Below are positions 58,039 to 64,000 of a stretch of DNA of 64,000 nucleotides, piece by piece (position 1 is the first letter of the stretch; every line of letters begins with the position of its first letter). A program made the translations under genes and the position numbers. The notes beneath the pieces are model-generated. The model saw only the letters and a list, made by a program, of their open reading frames with translations, had not been told where the DNA came from and did not search any database. Source of the DNA: Eledone cirrhosa (Eukaryota). Location of the stretch: positions 349,556,001 to 349,620,000 of the forward strand of contig OZ024741.1 in NCBI GenBank assembly GCA_964016885.1, written 5' to 3'.

Positions 58039-61000
58039 TATTATTTATATAATATTATTATATAATATATAATATAAATCACTATATAATATAAATCAGT
58101 AATATTAGTAAAGCAAAATATGATAAATGCAATATAAGATTAAATGCAATTTGAACTCAGTATCTGATGAAAGAAAAAGATACTCGGTGTACCCCAACAA
58201 TGTAATATTTCTAAACCAACCGAAACTCCTCTTCTCTGGCTTTTAGGTTGAATTTTAAGGAACGTATGAACAAGCAACACATGTATATTGGCAGTTCTAA
58301 TGGTTTCTGATAAAATGTCACTGATTGTGCTGCAGTTTGATACTTTCAACTCCTGTGTTAAGATGAAAACCCGAGAGACTGTATGTAGTTAATATTTGAA
58401 TGTATGGGAGTCGATAAAACTTTCCACATCTAATATAAACAACCAGTTACGAGATAAAGAGGAAATTCTAACAAAGTGTCAATTTTATGATCTTCTTTCT
58501 TTCGATTGATCATCTTAAGTGATGAAATTATGACTATTATTTAAGAGTTTAAATCAATTATCATACACCGTTTAAATATCGTCAGGTAACATGCAAATTG
58601 ATGTACAAAGGGGGTTGCTAAAACGTCATTGGAAAATGGGGGATAGAAGGAAGAATTGTCAGAAAAGGAGATAAATGCAATTCTTGCATGCTTAATCTAT
58701 CTCGTTAACAATTACTAAGATATCTGTGCTTTTCTAATGGATACATTACTACACTGGTAAATCGTGTTAAGAGTTCACGCCTATAATTTATGTTACAAAA
58801 TATACAGATGCGATGATGAAGTAAATTACGGCTATATATAACATTTATATTTCTAATGGAAAAATATGACTTTACTACATGATTGCTACTGAAGAAGGTT
58901 ATTGTGATTCAAGGAAATCAAAGATTTTATGCGGATTTGCTGTAATATAATATGGACATAATGTTTCGTTCGTATTGAAATGCTGTATCTCTACCAAAGA
59001 ACCATAATTATTAAATTTGAATTTATGACATCATTTTCAAACAACTTTCACAATTCAACATTTCTTCAACCTCAAAGTATTGCATGCATATTTTTAAAAC
59101 CCCTCTTCCGTGTGAACGTATTGAGAATAATGCAACTCCTTTCATCATTGATATTATGGACTATAGTTAGATGAAAAATATATATTTATGTATAGTTATA
59201 TATTTATGTCCAACTGGGCGGTGGTAGTATCCATAACCTTTACAGAAAGCTGAAGATTAGTAAGGTCGGTACTGCTTACGTTTAGCCTGGAACTTTCCAC
59301 ACGATTTCGATTTGGAGGAGAAGAAATGATTGAGGAAAATGTTTAATGCATAGTTAATATGGTATCAGGTGTTAATGAAATAGTGGGCAAAATAGATACC
59401 CATAAAAATAGCTAAATTGAAACAGTAGAATCTATTCAGGAGAATATGGAGGACGATAGAAGAAACGCTGTGAAAACCTATCATCTTGTTACGTTGAGGG
59501 GACTTCAGAAATTGAAAACCACCAAATGTAGACCTACCGTCGTTATACCTTCTTCTGTCTTTGTGCAAGTATCGCATTTTAAAACAGTAGACACGCTGTG
59601 CATGTCTGTTTAAGTCCACTCTGATTCATAGTATGTAAATATTGTATGTAATAACTACAAAAATCATTACAGTCTTCCAGTGTAAGGGTCATTATTTTGT
59701 AGAACTCATCTACGTCACAAGTGTTCTTGCACTACACTAAATCCAAACTATCGAAATTTTAGATTAACTTAACAAATATTATTCACCTTATTTTTCTGAA
59801 TATATTTGGACTCACACACAAATAAACATAAGCAAAAATTAAAAGTATAACTATGCACTTAATAATTCATAAAAAATATACATTTCTTTCATTAATTTAT
59901 GGTTAATTTATATATACAGATCATTTGGCGCGTGTGTAGTATATCAGAATGCATTTGCCTATATCTCCACAGATTTGACACAATGACTGTCAGTATACAT
60001 TAATAGGAACATCTCCAATGAAAACAGTATTCAATATGGTTATAGGTCCCAATTAAGTCCAATTCAGTTCAATTACACTCGTAAAACTCAACACCGTTAC
60101 AGCCCTCAATAATACTATTTTATTTCTCTGGAAAACTATTAGTATAAACTTAGTAAAGAAAGAAATATTGGTAGTTATAGTACTTAGACCAGCGTCGAAC
60201 TGCAATGGTGTTGTTTGACTATGGAATTATGACAATTGCCTGTACTCAAACAATTATTCATATTTAGCTTGCATCTGTATTTATGTTATATAATTGAAAC
60301 AAATCTCCATGGTTTAACTTTAGGAAAGTTATGAAAATAGAGTGAGGCCATGGCGCCACATACATTTCGAATGTTTTGCCAATGTGATTCAGAGAAGAGT
60401 AAAATATATCTTGTACCATTTCGGCTACAGACAAGTGTAGTTAAGTGCTCAAGGGAGGACTTGACGCAGCCGTGCCGGCGACATTAGAACTTACAACAAA
60501 ATTATAAGTTATGATTCTTGAAAAAGTTATGAAAATGTTCCATAACGCCTTGAAATGGCTCTTTTTAAATCTCTGGGGACATTTGAAAGTAAATATTAGC
60601 TGTTTTCGTACCTCAAATAATCATAAATTAAAAGGTTCCCAGGTTTAGATTCCTACACAGCTCTTTCAATGAAAGCTTAGTACACATTACTGAATTGAAT
60701 AGACGTTTACAGCTTCGATTATACCATTCTGACTTCCTTGATATGATTTTTAAAACTTTCATTATTCACATAGGTCCAAATTATCATAAACTAATCTATA
60801 TAAATCCCCAATGTACTTGAAAATGAATTATGTATTATTGACACTCGTAACAAATACGTATAATTTTACACGTTCCATGGCAATGATTGAATATCTGTGT
60901 GTGCATATATTTATTACTCTAATAGTTTGGGTGAAGCAATGATTTACGGGATTTTATTTATCACTAAACAGGCTTGTAAGGAAATACGATAAGTATGTTA

Positions 61001-61113
61001 AGTAAACAAAAGGAAACAAATGCTTCATACAAACAGATATACACTCGCGCATTTTCCTGCACAGAGCCACACACCTTTTGGAATGTACATACATACATTA
61101 TTTATCTCACATA

Positions 61114-61300
61114 TGGCGGTGGATTGGCAGTATCGGTAGTGGGTCGGACGCCATGCTTTGACGCATAGAGTTACGGCCCTTGCCATTCTGAGTTCAAATC
61201 CCGCCGAGTTTAACTTTGCCTTTCATCCTTACGGGGTCGATAAAATAAAGTACCAGTAATTCACTGGATAATGCTGGCCTTGTGCCGAAAAGTAGAAACA
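61114..61300 (+). mobile_element. SINE with 17-bp TSD
   Basis: ATTATTTATCTCACATA at 61097-61113 and 61301-61317; nearly identical to the copy at 63040. Confidence 0.93.
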
Positions 61301-61589
61301 ATTATTTATCTCACATACAACTAATGCACCTCTTTCGTAATCAGATATGTCTGTCAAAGAGTGATCAGTCAGATTGAAGGTAGAAAATATATAAATGGCT
61401 ATATTTACATTAATACTTTCCTAAAGACAATAGCAGTTTAAGGTAGATAACTATCTATAAACAGAAATCATAACACTTGGATCGTAAACTCTTTCTCGCG
61501 AGTATCTATCTCATCAAGCATGCACACATACACACGCATGCGCACTCTTTTCACACAAACACTTCGTTTCCAGAACTAATAATAATAAG

Positions 61590-62215
61590 TGAATTCCCCA
61601 TTTTGGACAACAATATTACACGCATTATACATTGGAAATTGTGTGGAAAGTTTGTACTGGAGGATGGTCAGACAAATTGTACAGACATAAACCTATGGTA
61701 ATGCTTTAAAATGCAAAAGTGAAGTTTCTTTGATACTTTCATGTCTAATGTGATGAAAGGGTCAAAGCAAGAAGACCAAATCTGGTAGATAGAAAAAGAG
61801 AACACTGCCTCTTGATTGACATAGCAGTGTCAGGAGATAACAGTGATATTGAGAAGGATGAAGAGAACGAAGATAAATATCAACCACTTAAATTTGAAAT
61901 AATGCAGATTTGGGAAATGAACAGTGGAAGTTATTTCAGTTGTTGTTGTTGGGGACCCTTGATGAGGTAACGAAGATGATTCAAAATTAGTTGTCAATGA
62001 TTTGTATGTGAATTCGGAGTTTCTGTAAAAGAGTGTCTTCTTGGAAACAGGCAGAATTTTGAGAAGGTTTCTATAAATATAGTAAGGAGGGTGTACTGCA
62101 GGACTCTTGGTCATTTGTTATGACCCGTTCCTGTATATTAATTTTGGCGATATAATATTTGTCATAGTTCGAATAAATAACAACAACAACAGGAATAACA
62201 ACAACAATGATAATA
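61590..62215 (+). mobile_element. Decayed R4/Dong-type LINE 3' remnant
   Basis: IIHWKLCGKF, ARRPNLV and CLLIDIAV motifs of a REL domain; (AAC/AAT)n tail. Confidence 0.65.
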
Positions 62216-62655
62216 ATTGCTTCTACCTTTAGAACAGGACCAGCAATTTGTAGTGGAGAAAAGTCGATTTTACCGAACCCAGAACTTTACAATAATAAAG
62301 GTGTTTGATTTAGGCACAAGGCTAATAATTGTTTTTTTTTTTCTTTGTGAGGTGGTGCGATTAAATCGCCCCTGTTCGTGACTGATACTTTATTTTATCA
62401 ACCCTGTAAGGATGAAAGACAAATCTAACCTCGGAGGGATTTGAATTCAGAACATAAAGGGCCGTAACTTTACAATAATAATAATAATTGTTTCTATTTT
62501 TGGCACAAGGCCAGCAACTTTTCCAGGTGCATTTCTGGCACTTTGTTTTATCAACCCCGTAAGGATGAAAGGCAAAGTTAACCTTAGTGGGATTTGAACT
62601 CAGACCGTAAAGGGACGTAACTCTATGCTGCAAAGCCTGTCGTCCGACCCTCTAA
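62210..62655 (-). mobile_element. Cluster of three partial SINEs
   Basis: Repeated family tail and central domain. Confidence 0.85.
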
Positions 62656-63039
62656 TGTCTTAATATTGAGTTATGCTTTGAAATATTGCATTTTTTTAAT
62701 GTTGCAGTATTGTATGGTATATTTTATAAATATATAGTTCCCTGTGGACTAACTTTAGCTTGTGTAGTACTTTATAGAATAAGTGCCACATTTTTTTTTA
62801 TAAGAGAGCAACATTTTGTATAGTGAAATGTGTTACAGCCTGGGGTGTTGAATAATTGCTTAATTCTAATTTAATGATGTGGTGTTTTTCTTTGGTAGTA
62901 CAGTCAGGATGTTGCTGTTTCTAATTCTTATGTTCCAATTCAAATGACTTACAGCAGGTGGGAAATGCTTCATAATGGAATATATCATCAACAGAGCGTA
63001 CTGGGGATTATTATTATTTATTATTATTATTATAGGTTA

Positions 63040-63357
63040 CCGGTGGATTGGCAGTATCGGTAGAGGGTCGGACGCCATGCTTTGACGCATAGAGTTACGG
63101 CCCTTGCCATTCTGAGTTCAAATCCCGCCGAGGTTAACTTTGCCTTTCATCCTTACGGGGTCGATAAAATAAAGTACCAGTAATGTACTGGGTAATTCCT
63201 GGCCTTGTGCCAAAAAGTAGAAACAATTATTATTATAGGTTAGCTTTGCCTTTCATCCTTACTGGGTCGATAAAATAAAACACCAGTAATGCACTGGGGT
63301 TGATCTAATAGACTTTTCCCTCCCCTAAAATTGCTGGCTTTGTGCCTATAGTAGAAA

Positions 63358-63391
<34 letters not shown>

Positions 63392-63585
63392 CAGTATAGT
63401 CTCAGACACAATGTTTTGCAGCATGGAGTTATGGCTCTTTACGTTCTGAGTTCAAATCCCGCCGAGGTTAACTTTGCCTTTCATCCTTACGGGGTCGATA
63501 AAATAAAGTACCCGTAATGCACAGGGATAATTGCTGGCCTTGTGCCAAAAGTAGAGACAATTATTATTATTATTATTATTATTAT
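63040..63585 (+). mobile_element. Cluster of three SINEs separated by (ATT)n
   Basis: Full copy 63040-63225 with TSD ATTATTATTATAGGTTA; truncated copies at 63237-63360 and ~63400-63560. Confidence 0.92.
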
Positions 63586-63664
63586 ATCTACCTTAAGGAA
63601 TAGAGGAATTAATTTTTTTTTTTAATGAATGATGTATATGAACTATTTAGATAGCAAATCATTT

Positions 63665-64000
63665 AGATAGCGGCCGAAATGAGCTTCCTCCGAAGGATCT
63701 TTTGGAGCACCGTTATTCGATAGAGTGCGTAACTTAGAGATCAAGGTGTCGCTTTAGATTGAGCCACTAATTCTGTGAATCGAGAGATCGCAGCTCCGAT
63801 ACTACAGACATGTGGTTAGAATGTTTAAGTAAAGATTCGTTGGACAGATCTTACGGGCAAAGCCAACCGGCACGAGACCAAGATGTAGACCACGAGCAAT
63901 ATGGTTTCATAAGATTCATGAACTCGGTTAATTTTACTTGGAATTCCAGCCGGGTGATAGGATCTGTAAGGCGTGTCCGAAAACTCTGCTCGCATGACAT
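63665..64000 (+). mobile_element. RTE LINE RT C-terminal remnant
   Basis: AAEMSFLRRI...IERSQLRYYRHVVRM; related to 37858-38260. Confidence 0.75.

Noticed and set aside
58140-60900. Long microsatellite-free region, possible gene or transposase
   Set aside because: Only short ORFs without motifs or convincing splice pairs.

Overview
AT-rich, microsatellite-saturated animal (eukaryotic) non-coding DNA, intronic or intergenic. It is most likely coleoid cephalopod (octopus-like); this is inferred from the SINE family and repeat landscape, not proven. I find no intact host gene, and nearly all listed ORFs are translations of (TA)n/(CA)n/(TC)n/(CTA)n tracts. Recognisable content: (i) about 15-20 copies of one tRNA-derived SINE, several with clean 14-19 bp target-site duplications; (ii) decayed LINE fragments of the RTE, Tx1/L1, R4/Dong, CRE and probably Hero/NeSL types; (iii) small DNA-transposon MITEs; (iv) a swarm of Penelope-like element (PLE) derivatives lodged in dinucleotide microsatellites. 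One PLE keeps a GIY-YIG endonuclease remnant with a Neptune-type Cys linker. The PLE derivatives carry at least 15 intact or degenerate hammerhead-ribozyme (HHR) motifs from several families and often have fold-back inverted arms of 50-345 bp. The most unusual signal is a hammerhead variant, seen in three copies, whose stem II is expanded to a ~60-nt branched domain with compensatory base changes between the two copies that span it. Recurrent non-canonical cores (CCGANGA; U.U closing stem II) also occur. All RNA structures were folded by eye and need computational and biochemical confirmation.
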